Assembly: GCF_006345805.1 (NCBI RefSeq)
Contig: NW_021832131.1
Coordinates: forward strand, 1 to 62,305
Source of the DNA: Octopus sinensis
Taxonomy: Eukaryota
Reading direction: 5' to 3'
Length of the DNA: 62,305 nt
This document shows, one piece after another, positions 37,127-51,265 of this stretch (the first letter of the stretch is position 1; the number at the start of each line of letters is the position of its first letter). The translations under genes and the position numbers were made by a program. Below the pieces are notes generated by a model, which saw only the letters and a program-made list of their open reading frames with translations, was not told the origin of the DNA and made no database searches.

Positions 37127-37202
37127 ATCTATCTATCTATCTATATATCTATCTATCTATCTATCTATCAATCTATCTATCTATCTATCTATCTATCAAT
37201 CA

Positions 37203-37241
<39 letters not shown>

Positions 37242-37242
37242 A

Positions 37243-37297
<55 letters not shown>

Positions 37298-37938
37298 AAT
37301 CTATCTATCTATCTATCAATCAATCTATCTATCTATCTATCTATCTATACACCTATGTATCTATCTATATGTGTGTATATGTGTGTGTGTGTGTAGAGAG
37401 AGAGAGACAGACAGAGACAGACAGACAGACAGAGAGATATGAGAAAATGGATAGAAATGGCTTTTTTGAAATGTTTTCTACGACTTGGGAAAGACGGCGA
37501 GCTGTCTCGTGCTTTAATCAAGACACGCTTTCAAATGCTAAATTGTTTAAAAATCGTGATTCTGTTTCGTGTTGCTTTTCGTATTGTTCTTCAATGGCTA
37601 TCAAATTTCCCCTAATACAGATTTCATTCCCGTTTGTGTAACGGTACTTAGGGAAACACGCGTAAATGCCGCTGGCCGCTTGACAATTGCTTGCATCATA
37701 CTGTAAGTGGGATGGTTGTGACGAAGCCGGAAAAATCTGTACACGCAATGCATGTGTACGTGTGTGTGTGTGTGTGTGTGTGTTTGAGTGTGCGTACGTG
37801 TAAAGCGCTTGGCACAGTGGTTAGAGCGTCGAGTTTACGATCGAATCCCGGACCGGGCTGCGTGTTGTGTTCTTGAGCAAGACACTTTATTTCACGTTGC
37901 TCCAGTTCACTCAGTTGTAGAAATAAGCCGTATATGTA

Positions 37939-38042
<104 letters not shown>

Positions 38043-38600
38043 GGATGCAGCACGGAATTTATCAGTGAATACCTCACGTTCCCCCAAAATTTCAGGCTTT
38101 GTGCCTAGATTAGAAAAGAATTTACGACTTGGGAAAAAATCTTCATCGTACCTCTTCACTATAAATATATATATATATATTATATATATATATATACAAA
38201 TTGAGATAGGGGTTGTAAATGCAACCCTCCATGGGATAACATATATCCAATATACTGCCAGTGAAGTACCCAACAAAGTTAATACATAAATGTTAAGAAT
38301 TGCGATGCAATTAATTCATTTACTGTATTATATGGGCAAAGGTAAAATGTTTTACCACAAATTCATAATACAAAATAAGAAAATGGAGAAATACATCCAA
38401 ATCAAATATCAATTACCAGATAATACCCAATCACATACTTTATTAAACCACCACATAAGAAACTATAAGGTCAAACTTAATAATGTAGAACAAAACAGTG
38501 TACATAAAGGAGCGTACATAAAGGAGTAATCTTATACAATGAGTACAATATTTATAAGAGAATAGAAATATAAGTAAATATAAATATAAATATAGACTAC

Positions 38601-38727
38601 ATCTGACAGCTGTTTCGGCCATGCAGATAAGTATGTCCCATTTTACTTATATTAGCCATTTATGGTAGGTCAATATGTAGTTATAAATGAGACATTTACA
38701 AAAATATCCTTAGGCCTCTTCGGAGAT
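38601..38727 (-). ncRNA. Type I hammerhead motif (U4C core variant, about 95-nt stem II loop) in Penelope-like terminal repeat
   Basis: RC: atct-CCGAAGA-ggcc...ggcc-GAAAC-agct-GTC-agat. Confidence 0.7.
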
Positions 38728-40747
38728 TATGTGATACAAATCAGATTACATACACATTTATATAGGTGTGGGTACATACCCATAATAAAACATATACATA
38801 TACATATGAGTGCATATACTCATACTCCTATACATATAAATATACATATACATAATGATATAAATAATATAAATCAATAAACATACATATGTTCCACATT
38901 CAATATTACAGTTTTTCAACTTAATATTGTGATGATTACAATGTAGAAAAACATACACATATTAATACCTAAATGCAGATATACCAATAGTACAGTCCTA
39001 TATAGAGGAATGTTAAAAGATTACTAGTAGAAAAGTTAGGTGTTATTTAAATCTAGAGAAAGTATACGCTAATTTGTGAAGGCAATAACATTTTCAACTT
39101 AATATTGTGATGATTACAATGTAGAAAAACATACACATATTTATACCTAAATGCAGATATACAGAGTCAAGAGTACATTATATTAATTCTCATTAATTTC
39201 CAAAATGTCATTAATGTTAGCATCATTACCATTGTCATTACCACTAATGCTACCAATATCATTATTCATATTATTATTAATAACGCTAATACTAGAAAAA
39301 CAATATGTAGATTCCATTATTAGCAATATAGTCACAATAGTACTACAATACCATGCAAAGTGATGAATATCTGTATATACATACGAAATATGAAACAAAA
39401 GCATTCTGTTTACACGTCATTAAGATCCACAGGTGCACATATGTACGTCCGAGTTCAAATTTATAATTTCCATTGTGACACAAATACACTATTACTTTCA
39501 GAAATAGTTACGAATCTAGCGCTAAAATATGATTGGCTTGTGTATTTGAATTTAAATTACCATTGTCTTCTTTACGGTTTGTATACATATATATCCAACC
39601 ATGAATATACATATCCATACAAAAACATACATACACATATATATACATATGAATACGTTTCGACATATCCACATATATTTACTAAATTACAAAATATATG
39701 TCTGTCATCAAATGGCGTATAGATAAACCAGCACAGGCAGGGAAAGCTGTAGCAACGTTTATGCACTCACACACATACTCACACGCACATCCGCACATAT
39801 CTATAAACATTAATACACTCTCATACACTGTGTCTGCAAACATTCGCATATACATATTTAAATATATAGAACTATTAGAATAGGATATAGCATTACGAAT
39901 AATCTAGCCACCATCATTTCCTCCTTTAATAACAAGAAATTAGATTGCTTCTATAATGATAGAAAGATAAACCTGGGTGGTAGTGAAAATAGGTGCAATA
40001 CCATCAATAGGAATAGGGATACGGGGATTTCTGCCAAGGTTAAATTTCCTCAATCTGTTAATAGCTGCAATTGCAGAAGCAGGAATCAATGTGTGTTTGG
40101 TAATGAATGCCTGAGGAAAGAGGTAGTTTACCAATGCACTGTAAATACACAATATAATAGCAGGGTGTACTTTGGTGTGACTAAAAATAGTATAAAACAA
40201 CGGCTAAACTATCATAGATATACTTTTAAAAATAAAAATAGGATGAACTCTACGGGGTTAAGTACGTATATATGGTAACTTAAGAGTAAGAACATAGATT
40301 TTAAATTAAATTGGGAAATACTAACTTCTGCACCTGTATACAATAGTAGAAATTAAAAATGCTCTTTATGTATCAATGAAATTTTCTTCATCATCAAGGC
40401 TGACCTACCCATTATTAATAACATTAACGAGCGAAAATGTTTTTGCCTTCACAAATTAGCGACATTCCTCTATATAGGACTGTACTATTGGTATATCTGC
40501 ATTTAGGTATTAATATGTGTATGTTTTTCTACATTGTAATCATCACAATATTAAGTTGAAAAACTGTAACATTGAATGTGGAACATATGTATGTTTATTG
40601 ATTTATATTATTTATATCATTATGTATATGTATATTTATATGTATAGGAGTATGAATATATGCACTCATATGTATATGTATATGTTTTATTATGGGTATG
40701 TACCCACACCTATATAAGTGTGTATGTAATCTGATTCGTATCACATA

Positions 40748-40874
40748 ATCTCCGTAGAGGCCTTAGGATATTTTTGTAAATGTCTCATTTATAACTACAT
40801 ATTGACCTACCATAAATATCTAATATAAGTAAAATGGGACATACTTATCTGCATGGCCGAAACAGCTGTAAGAT
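40748..40874 (+). ncRNA. Hammerhead motif, paralog of 38601-38727 with a core substitution
   Basis: atct-CCGTAGA-ggcc...ggcc-GAAAC-agct-GTA-agat; A6 to T is probably inactivating. Confidence 0.6.
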
Positions 40875-41084
40875 GTAGTCTATATTTATATTCTCTTATA
40901 CATATTGTACTTATTGTATAAGATTACTCCTTTATGTACACTCCTTTATGTACACTGTTTTGTTCTACATTATTATGTTTGACCTTATAGTTTCTTATGT
41001 GGTGGTTTAATAAAGTATGTGATTGGGTATTATTTGGTAATTGATATTTGATTTGGATGTATTCTCCATTTTCTTATTTTGTAT

Positions 41085-42400
41085 ATATATATATATATAG
41101 AATCTCTCAAGTTCATTCTGACAAACAATTTTTTTCTCTTCGACGACACACACTACCGTCAAAAATGTGATATTGCGATGGGTACCAAGGCTGCACCAGT
41201 CCTTGTGAACCTCATAATGGGTTACTTCGAACTGTCACTCTATGAAATATCAAGCCAGAAATTTGGACATGTTTTCCACACCTACCTAATGGAAAACTAG
41301 AAAAGGTATTTAGATGATTGTTTCATCATATGGAAAGAACCTTATGAAAAACTCCTGGAATTCAAAACCATACTAAACAACATACATCCCAACATCCAAT
41401 TCACTATGGAATTAAGCAAACATCATCTCCCATTCCTTGATCTCCTAATTATAAAAACACCTAAGAACCAAATCATAACAGACATCTACCACAAACCTAC
41501 AGACTCACAACAATACCTCCTCTTTAGTTCATGCCACCCAAAACACACCAAGACAAATATCCCTTTCAATTTAGCTAAAAGGGTATGCACCATTGTCTCG
41601 GATCCAAAAACACGAGAAATACGCCTTCAAGACCTCAAAAAAACACTATTACAACGTCAATATCCCTCCACCCTTATAGAGTATGGAATAAAACGCGCCA
41701 AAGAACTAGATAACACTACACTGAAAACCACCCAACCTAACACCACACACAACCTCAAAATACTTCCATACATTTCCACCCACAACCCAAAAATATCGAA
41801 GCATACACCACAATCATACAAAACCTCAGTCTACTGTCAACAGACCCAAAAATGAAAAACATTATAAATACACACAAAATCCTCAAATGTAAAAGGCAAC
41901 ACAATCTTTAAAAAAACTCTTGACAAATGCCAAACTTCACACACCACATCCACCCCCAACAGTAAAAAAAATGTGCACGCTCAAACTGTGGTACCTGCCC
42001 CTTTCTACTTGAAGGCTCTGAATTTACCTTCAAACAAGGTACGAAGTTTAAAATCAAGACTAACTTCTCCTGTTCCTCCGAGAACCTTATCTACGTTCTC
42101 ACATGCGCTGGTTGCCAACATAATTATGTTGGACAAACGAGTCTCCCGTTACGTAAACGAGTAACGGTGCATAAAGAACAAATAAATCTCCCGGAATACC
42201 GACAAATTCCACTGAGTGACCACTTAGACTCATGTGCTAAAGACTTAACCCCAAATTCTATATATTCCCCTTCTACCAATGTAAAGACGGGATCACCACA
42301 CAGGAGAGAATTAACAAGGAGAATCTCTTTATTGAAAAATTTCAAACACAACTTAATATGCAAACTCCTCGTTGATCAAACTTCCTTTTTCTACCTCACT
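41085..42400 (+). mobile_element. Penelope-like element, degenerate RT plus GIY-YIG endonuclease
   Basis: YRQKCDIAMGT, RYLDDCF, IQFTME...LPFLDL, DIYHKPTD...HP, then CGTC and C.SENLIYVLTC..C..NYVGQT pieces across frameshifts and stops. Confidence 0.88.
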
Positions 42401-43139
42401 CTCCATGGATGGACTAACACAAATATATAAAGATACCATGCATTCATCACTTAAAGCTAAAACTTATATTCTTTAAATATCATTTTTACTATTGTTGTTA
42501 TTACTATCATTTTTATTATAAATGATATGACAATCTGAAATGCAATTGTCTATGCAGATTTATATAATTAGAAAATAATATAAATAAAGTGTTAAAATCT
42601 GAAAGTTAAGTTAACAAGCAATTATATAAAAAAGATAACGCAAATGAAGCTAAAATGATAATTTTATAATTTGGGTTTTACCAACAGCCCTTATTGAAGA
42701 ACTCAAAAGAGTTGTCTCCCCTTACTCACAACACAGGAACTGAAGAACCACAATTACTACTACTTCCTGTCCTGCCAACATCCTGAATTAAACCAAACAA
42801 CTCATGCTCTTAATCCCTTTGGATCCTAATACCTCAAGGTAATTTTTTCGTGAACAATCATTAAACTCAAGATACACAACGAACTCACAATGTATCGGAG
42901 TACTTATTTTTGAATTTTTGTACATTTTTATCAGTATTCTTTTGCAAAAAACAATGCAATTTTCTTTTTTTCCCCTTTCTAATTTTTAAAAAACTTTTTA
43001 AACATAAATATTCTTGACAAGTCATACAATGACGAAAACCGGTTGAATAAATATATATTTATATATTTTATCAATTTCTCATTTTATTAAAATTTTCTTT
43101 CATTTGAGCATTCTGCATTTAAAAAAAAAATTTTCCTTA

Positions 43140-43181
<42 letters not shown>

Positions 43182-43460
43182 TAATTGAAACAAGAAAGCA
43201 CAAAAAACACAACGCGAGGACGTGGAAAAATATAGTATTATTGGACGCTCAGGAAAGAGGGAAACAAGGAGGGTTTAACGTTTCGAGCGGAGCTCTTCGT
43301 CGGAAACATAGGTGAAGGAAAGATCCAGAGAAGAGAAGACAGAGGAAAAAAATCGCCAACGGTACACACAAGGTGGCATATATACATACGTATATGTACA
43401 TACATCTATGCGCATATATATATGTATAGCTGTAAGTATGTACATACACGTATGTATATA

Positions 43461-43517
<57 letters not shown>

Positions 43518-43689
43518 CAATAATAAATCTCTGAACGAGGTATATATATATATATATACATACATACATATATATATACATACGTACATACATACATATA
43601 TTTTATTATTATTTATATTATATGATGGAACGTCACGCATCCTCGTTCAAGTAAGTTTTATCTCTCTGTCTCTCTCTCTATCTGTCTAA

Positions 43690-43735
<46 letters not shown>

Positions 43736-43858
43736 CTATCTATCTATCTATCTATGTCTCTATCTATCTATCTATCTATCAATCTATCTATCTATCTATC
43801 TGTCTCTCTCTCTCTCTCTCTCTATCTATCTACCTATCTATCTATCTATCTATCTATG

Positions 43859-43889
<31 letters not shown>

Positions 43890-44261
43890 ATGTGTGTATA
43901 TGTGTGTGTGTATGTGTGTGTGTGTGGAGGAGAGAGAGAGAGAGAGAGAGAGATGAGAAAATGGATAGAAATGGCTTTTTTTAAATGTTTTCTACGACTT
44001 GGGAAAGACGGCGAGCTGGCTCGTGCTTTAATCAAGAAACGCTTTCAAATGCTAAATTGTTTAAAAATCGTGATTCTGTTTCGTGTTGCTTTTCGTATTG
44101 TTCTTCAATGGCTATCAAATTTCCCCTAATACAGATTTCCTTCCCGTTTGTGTAACAGTACTTATGCAACCACGCACCGCTTGACAATTGCTTGCACCCT
44201 ATTGTAGGTGGCATGGTTGGGACGAAGCCGGAACAATCTGTACGCGCAATGCATGTGTACA

Positions 44262-44304
<43 letters not shown>

Positions 44305-44482
44305 ATGTGTGTGTGTGTGTACATGTGTGTGTATGTGTGCGTATGTGTGTGTGTTTGTGTGTGCGTACGTGTGAAGCGCATGGCGCAATGGTTAGAGTGT
44401 CGTGTATACGATCGAATCCCGGACAGGGCTGCGTGTTGTGTTCTTGAGCAAGACACAGAAATAAGCCATATATTTATATATG

Positions 44483-44539
<57 letters not shown>

Positions 44540-45879
44540 TATACATATTAGAGATGCAGCACGGAATTTTATCAGTGAATATTTCACGTTCTCTAAGCGA
44601 CGAAAATATCGACTTTGCCTTTCATCCTTTCGGAGTCGATAAATTAAGTACCAGTTACGCACTGGGGTCGATATAATCGACTTAATCCGTGTATCTGTCC
44701 TTGTTTGTCCTCTCTGTGTTTAGCCCCTTGTGGGTAGTAATGAAATAGGTATTTCGTCTGCCGTTACGTTCTGAAATCAAATTCTGTCGAGGTCGATTTT
44801 GCCTTTCATCCTTTCGGGGTCGATAAATTAAGTACCAGTTACGCACTGGGGTCGATATAACCGACTTAATCCGTGTGTCTGTCCTCTCTGTGTTTAGCCC
44901 CTTGTGGGTAGTAATGAAATAGGTATTTCGTCTGCCGTTACGTTCTGAAATCAAATTCTGTCGAGGTCGATTTTGCCTTTCATCCTTTCGGGGTCGATAA
45001 ATTAAGTACCAGTTACGCACTGGGGTCGATATAACCGACTTAATCCGTGTGTCTGTCCTCTCTGTGTTTAGCCCCTTGTGGGTAGTAATGAAATAGGTAT
45101 TTCGTCTGCCGTTACGTTCTGAAATCAAATTCTGTCGAGGTCGATTTTGCCTTTCAGCCTTTCGGGGTCGATAAATTAGGTACCAGTTACGCACTGGGGT
45201 CGATGTAATCGACTTAATCACTTTGTTTGTCCTATCTATGTTTAGCCCCCTGTGGTCAATAAAGAAATAAAAATTTTAAGCATAGTCTATATGTAGGCTC
45301 TGGACAGTCAGGGTTATAGCAGAAAATACATTTGGCATCTGAAAGTTGAGAAAAGAGCAGGTGTTGAGGTACACCTGGTGAGTAGATTAGCTTCGGATTT
45401 GTACCCCAGGGTGGTGTTTCCACATTACCTGCATGGTTTTATGCTTCTTAAGGGGTTTTGCAGTCCGTGCGGTCTGGCAAACTGGTCGAGTCATTGACTT
45501 TCATGGTTCATATTATTTCCCACATTCTACAACCAAAAACCCGACCATGGTAAAGACCCTGAAATAGTAAAGAGTAAGAGCTGAGACTTCCCTGGGAAGC
45601 AAAAGTCGAAGATGGTTTCTTTAGGAAATGCAGAAAATACAGTGAGACGGTTGAACTCTGTGAAAAGAATGGCTAAAAAGGATGGGAGGTAATAGACGTT
45701 CCTGTAGAGATAGGTGTTAGAGGTTCATTCACTGCTCGGGTGTCTTGAAGTCGTTGCCAAGGAAAGGAAAGATGTTAGAAGAAAACTGTGAGAAGCTACC
45801 ACAAAGCAAGCCCTTATTACATCTTGCTCAAGAGAGAGGACAAGCGGTACAACAAGAGGATTATAGAAACATCTGACTC

Positions 45880-46390
45880 AACAAAGCTTATGTTGAAATG
45901 TAGGAGTTTTGTTGCTTACATCGTAGGTTGGCCCTGAGTGGATGTCATGGTGGGAGAGGCGGAAACACCTGATTCATTGCCTGATAAGACATCAAAGGAA
46001 TATTGTCATAAGCACGGATGATGTGAAAGAACAAGTGGGTAAAATGCCTAGCCTCCGGACCAGATGGGATTCATGGCTTCTGAAGAGATGCCACGCGGTG
46101 CATGAAAGACTAGCAGCCCAATTGAATGAGTGTGTCCAGAACGATACAGTCCCCGCGTGGATGGTGACTGGGAGGACAACATTTATAACGAAAGATAGAA
46201 GAAAGGGGAATACTGTGGGAAACTACCGCCCCATAGCATACCTAGACATAATCTGGGAGATACTCACTGGAATATGTGCGGCAAAGAATACACTTTCCTG
46301 GAACAGGAAGAAACACTAGCAAGGAAAGAAAATTGATGTAGGACGGGTTCTCAGCGTACCAAGGATCACCTGGTCATCGATATTATTTTT
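45880..46390 (+). mobile_element. R4/Dong-clade non-LTR RT fragment
   Basis: HERLAAQLNEC..VPAWMVTGRTTFITKD..KGNTVGNYRPI. Confidence 0.75.
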
Positions 46391-47271
46391 GCAATTAAAA
46401 TTAGTAAATAATCAAATTTATTTGAAATACCTGCCGCTAGGCTCCAGCAGCCAGCCCCAGCAAGTTGTCAAAGTTGAGACAGTGTCACGTGACAACTTGC
46501 TGGGGCTGCCTGCTGGAGCCTTGCGGCAGGTATTTAAAGGGAAAAATGTGACAAGTCAGTCATTCGCCCGCTACATTCCTTGACGCTACATCGGAGAGGC
46601 CAGGGAACAGAAGAAGACAGAAGATATGCACCCAACACCGGAGCTGATGATACCTCCGAAAGGGAGGGGTCCCGCCACGTCAAAACTGTAGAGGAGTAGG
46701 GACCGAAACCGGACGTGGTTCCTCCTGATGATGTCTTGAGCTAACTGGATCCTATAAAGGAGCTGTTGTGGTAGCAGACCACGAAACACGGTTGTAATTC
46801 ATAAGCGTAGTCAAGTGGTGAGATAAGAATTGGAAAAAAAAGGAAAAGGATGGTCTAGAGAAGCAACGAGAAGTAAAGGAGAGGAGGGGGTTGGTGGGTT
46901 GAAGAGGTTTTGTGTCACGCATTTTCAATTTCAAATCTGTATTTTGAGACTTCTTTTGGAACTTCCAAAGTTTATCATTGGTTGATTTTTTAACCAGTTG
47001 GATTACTATGCATTGTACCCCTTGATGTGTGTGTGTGTGTGAGTGTAAATCTACGCAGTAGGCATTCTAGTATGTACAATCATATAAAGTGCTCTCACAT
47101 ACATGTCACTCCATTTTGTTATTTCTAACCTCCCCTCTCTTTTCATTTCCGAGAAAAGTTCTTCACGTATAAAAGAGTGAAGTTGAGGAGAAGATTCCAA
47201 ACGATTAGTTTAGGATCGAGAGAAGCCGTCTGACTTTCATCGTTTGAGAAGAAACGAAAACATTTCCAGCC

Positions 47272-47498
47272 ATGACCATCGGATATCTTCTGCTTGTGGG
47301 CCTTTGTCTTGGCATTGCCAGACACGTCTATGCCGTGGATTTGACCCTGAAACATGGTGAAAACAGTAAGGCTGTCATCGATGCAACCATAAGAAAAATC
47401 CGAACGAAATGTATTCTGGCAGAAGATTATTATTTCCTGAGAAGGTTAGCAGAGGCCCAGATGAAGACTATCGAGCAAGAACGGGTGGAATATGGAGG
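47272..47498 (+). CDS. Secreted VWA-domain protein, first coding exon (signal peptide plus N-terminal domain); contains a 1-nt frameshift as assembled
   Basis: MTIGYLLLVGLCLGIARHVYA signal peptide and FLRRLA in one frame; RTGGIWR|gtaagt in the -1 frame, which joins exon 2 in phase 0. Confidence 0.7.
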
Positions 47499-48507
47499 GT
47501 AAGTACCAGATTTGCTGATATACACGCAGGCACACACTCACACACAGAGAAGTACACATGCACACACATATACATACAAGCATTTCACGCTTTTTATTAG
47601 TAATTGCCCCAAAATGTCATCAATGGAGAACTTCCCTCTGCGATCAGATAAAGACAGTTTTAGAATAAATATATAGAATCTCTCTGTTATTGAATACATA
47701 CATTTAGGAATATTATTCCGTTAAGTGTAAACAAAAGAGCCCAGATATTGTTGTTTTGCACAATGTTTATAAGCAAGGGTTTTAGAAAAAGAAATCAACC
47801 AACTAACTTGTACATTACAAAGACTATCTGTAAGTGGAACAATAAAAATATGCAAGACTTTTGTCAAATTTAAAATGTGACGTTATTTTCCGTATCTATA
47901 TTTCGACGAGGGGGCTTTGTACCTTTGCTAGGAATCAGCTCCTTCCTAGCAGAAGAATTCAAATATTTAGACAGAAGAAAACTCTCACACACATACACAT
48001 CCCCCTCACACAACACACGCACGCATACATACGCATACATACTCACACAATATCCATATATTTTCTAATCAGAACGCCATGTTGGATCGTTAGCCCCTAC
48101 ACGCATTTCTTTTCTCTCCTTGTTTCTCTCCTTGTTTCTTTTCTGTGTATCTTTCTGTCGAAGAGCGTAGGCTCGAAACATAAAAGACTTGTTTTATATC
48201 TATTCCTGAGCGCCATGATAATACATTTATTTGTTTGTACTCCACCTGCCTTCGTCTTTTGTTTATTTTCGTTAACCTTCCCGTTACATATGTATATATT
48301 TGAATAGTTGAATAAATTATCTTATTAAGGATAATTCGAAAGATAACCGATACCCGGGTAGCAAATTCACATCAGAAAGAACACGGTTGAAGTTACGTCC
48401 CTAGGGCATAGACTACGTGCTTTCGTGCGGAAATTTGTATGTTTATTTTAAAAATATAAGTTTATGAAAGAATGGAGTTGAACGACTTGTTAACAAATTT
48501 CCTTTAT

Positions 48508-48588
48508 TTTCGACATATGTTTCGAAGGCTGCATATTCCTAATTCCGAAGGAATAAGGAGTACATTATGCAGATTTCTCATCAGGAAA
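48508..48588 (-). ncRNA. Type I hammerhead ribozyme motif with extended stem II
   Basis: RC: tttc-CTGATGA-gaa at ctgcata...tatgcag cc ttc-GAAAC-atat-GTC-gaaa. Confidence 0.82.
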
Positions 48589-48717
48589 GGCAAGGAACTT
48601 ATGTCGACATCAAAATGCCCAATATATATATATATATATATATATTATATTTTGCGAAATTTGATTTAGTATTTCTAAATTGAATTTTTCCCTGTAAGTG
48701 TGGAATAATATTCCCTC

Positions 48718-48765
<48 letters not shown>

Positions 48766-48801
48766 ATATATATATATATATAATATATATAATATATATA
48801 T

Positions 48802-48843
<42 letters not shown>

Positions 48844-51046
48844 GGACATTATGCGTTGTAAATATATTTTTAAAATTATTAATATTTTAAGAGGAAAAAG
48901 TGAGCGGTTTAAGAGAGATTTGGCTGTCGTTTCTAGCACATCATAAGACAACCGTCCTCGTTTCTTTCTCACTGTCAAATGCATTGAAGTTATTCAATAT
49001 TTCTCTCCATCAATAGGCAGCGAGCTGGCGGGAAGGCGGAAAGGCAGCGAGCTTGCGGAAATGCGGAAAGGCGGCGAGCTGGCAGAATCGTTAGCTCACC
49101 GGGCAAAATGCTTAGCGGTATTTCGTCTGTCGCTACGTTCTGAGTTCAAATTCCGCCGAGGTCGACTTTGCCTTTCATCCTTTCGGGGGTCGATTAAATA
49201 AGTACCAGTTACGCACTGGGGTCGATATAATTGACTTAACCCCTTCGTCTGTCCTTGTTTGTCCCCTCTGTGTTTAGCCCCTTGTGGGTAGAAAAAGAAA
49301 TAGGTATTTCGTCTGCTGCTACATTCTGAGTTCAAATTCCGCCGAGGTCGACTTTGCCTTTCATCCTTTCGGGGGTCGACTTTGCCTTTCATCCTTTCGG
49401 GGGTCGATTAAATAAGTACCAGTTACGCACTGGGGTCGATATAATTGACTTAACCCCTTCGTCTGTCCTTGTTTGTCCCCTCTGTGTTTAGACTTTTGTG
49501 GGTAGGAAAGAAATAGGTATTTCGTCTGTCTTTACGTTCTGAGTTCAAATTCCGCCGAGGTCGACTTTGCCTTTCATCCTTTCGGGGTCGATTAAATAAG
49601 TACCAGTTACGCACTGGGGTCGATATAATCGACTTAATCCCTTTGTCTGTCCTTGTTTGTCCTCTCTGTGTTTAGCCCCTTGTGGGTAGTAATGAAATAG
49701 GTATTTCGTCTGCTGCTACATTCTGAGTTCAAATTCCGCCGAGGTCGACTTTGCCTTTCGTCATTTCGGGGGTCGATTAAATAAGTACCAGTTACGTACT
49801 GGCGTCGATCTAATCGACTTAATCCGTTTGTCTGTCCTTGTTTGTCCCTTCTATGTTTCGCCCTCTGTGGGCAATAAAGAAATATTTTTCTCTCCATAAA
49901 TAGATTTATATACTATAAATAAAATGTGAAAATCTTGCTTATTTTACAATTTCCCTTTCTGCCCCTGATTGCTTCTGGTTATAATTTAAAACATCGGAGA
50001 GCCTGAGAAGGCCATCGCTTAAAAAGGAGTATTATTTTTCCCCTGACGAAGGAGTAATTATCGTGATACACCATCGTGCATTAAAAACGCTGATAAACCT
50101 CTGTAATGGCCATAGGGAATGTAAATATGGTTTCTTCTATTTTTGTGCTTGGACACTGGCTTTTAACAATAGGTTTTCCCTTATCTTGAAAAGTAATTTT
50201 TAATCGAAAACATTTCTAAACGATGAACTTTTATCTTACCTTATATATTATTTATTTATATGTTTCCTATATTACTTTTTTCACTCGTTTCAGTCATTTG
50301 ACTGCGGCCATGCTGGAGCACCGCCTTTAATCGAGGAACTCGACCCCGGGACTTATTCTTTGTAAGCCCAGTACTTATTCTATCGGTCTCTTTTTGCCGA
50401 ACCGCTAAGTAACGGGGACATAAACACACCAGCATCGGTTGTCAAGCAATGCTGGGGGACAAACACAGACACACAAACACACACACGCATATATATATAT
50501 ACATATATACGACGGGCTTCTTTCAGTTTCCGTCTACCAAATCCACTCACAGGGCTTTGGTCAGCCCGAGGCTACAGTAGAAGACACTTGCCCAAGGTGC
50601 CACGCAGTGGGACTGAACACGGAACCATGTGGTTGATAGACAAGCTACTTACCACACAGCCACTCCTGCGCCTATATACATGTATTTTATATTTTACGTA
50701 TTTTATATATTTTATATGTATTTTTATATCTTTTTATATATATATTTATTTATTTATTTATATTTTTATATATCTATTATTCTAGATGTTATAATGTTAA
50801 AATATATAATTTTGTTCTTAGTCGCTAAAGTATTAATCATTAATTTTTAACCGCGATGGACTGTATTTACACATTTTTCTTATATTTTTCTTATATGCTT
50901 GTATTGATGGGTTGTGTTTCATCTTCCGTGATTTTATGCATGTATATTCTATGTGAAAGAAAAAGCATTATGTGATTAAATGTTTGAGATATGAAATGTT
51001 ACGTGGATGACCCTGTATTTGTTTGTTCTGCAACCATAGTTTAATA

Positions 51047-51265
51047 CAGTGCTTTTCAACCTTTTTGCTGGAGCGGAACCCCTGTGCAATAATTTCTCGA
51101 GGAACCCCTGTGCAATAATTCCTCGAGGAACCCCTGTGCAATAATTTAATTGTCTTATGCAAACATATCACAGGAGAATTAAAAATTACTGTCGATTTTA
51201 GGAGTTTTGTAACTTCTTGCGAAACCCCTGGAGTGTACTGACGGAACCCTGGTTGAAAACCACTG
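51047..51265. mobile_element. hAT-type MITE with internal 26-bp tandem repeat (about 2.7 copies)
   Basis: TIRs cagtgcttttcaacc / ggttgaaaaccactg; the 8-bp TSD gtttaata is restored when the adjacent SINE is removed. Confidence 0.85.

Larger units (their letters stand above)
38368..41085. mobile_element. Penelope-like GIY-YIG remnant (about 39950-40460, +) bracketed by about 700-bp inverted terminal repeats (38368-39090 / 40434-41085)
   Basis: CLRKEVVYQC..YFGVTKNSIKQRLNYH..TGLSTYIW..LNWEIL..CSLC motif set; the two flanks are reverse complements and each holds a hammerhead motif. Confidence 0.8.

Noticed and set aside
46560-46800. Possible LINE endonuclease fragment or exon on the minus strand
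   Set aside because: No motif I can identify with confidence; left unannotated.
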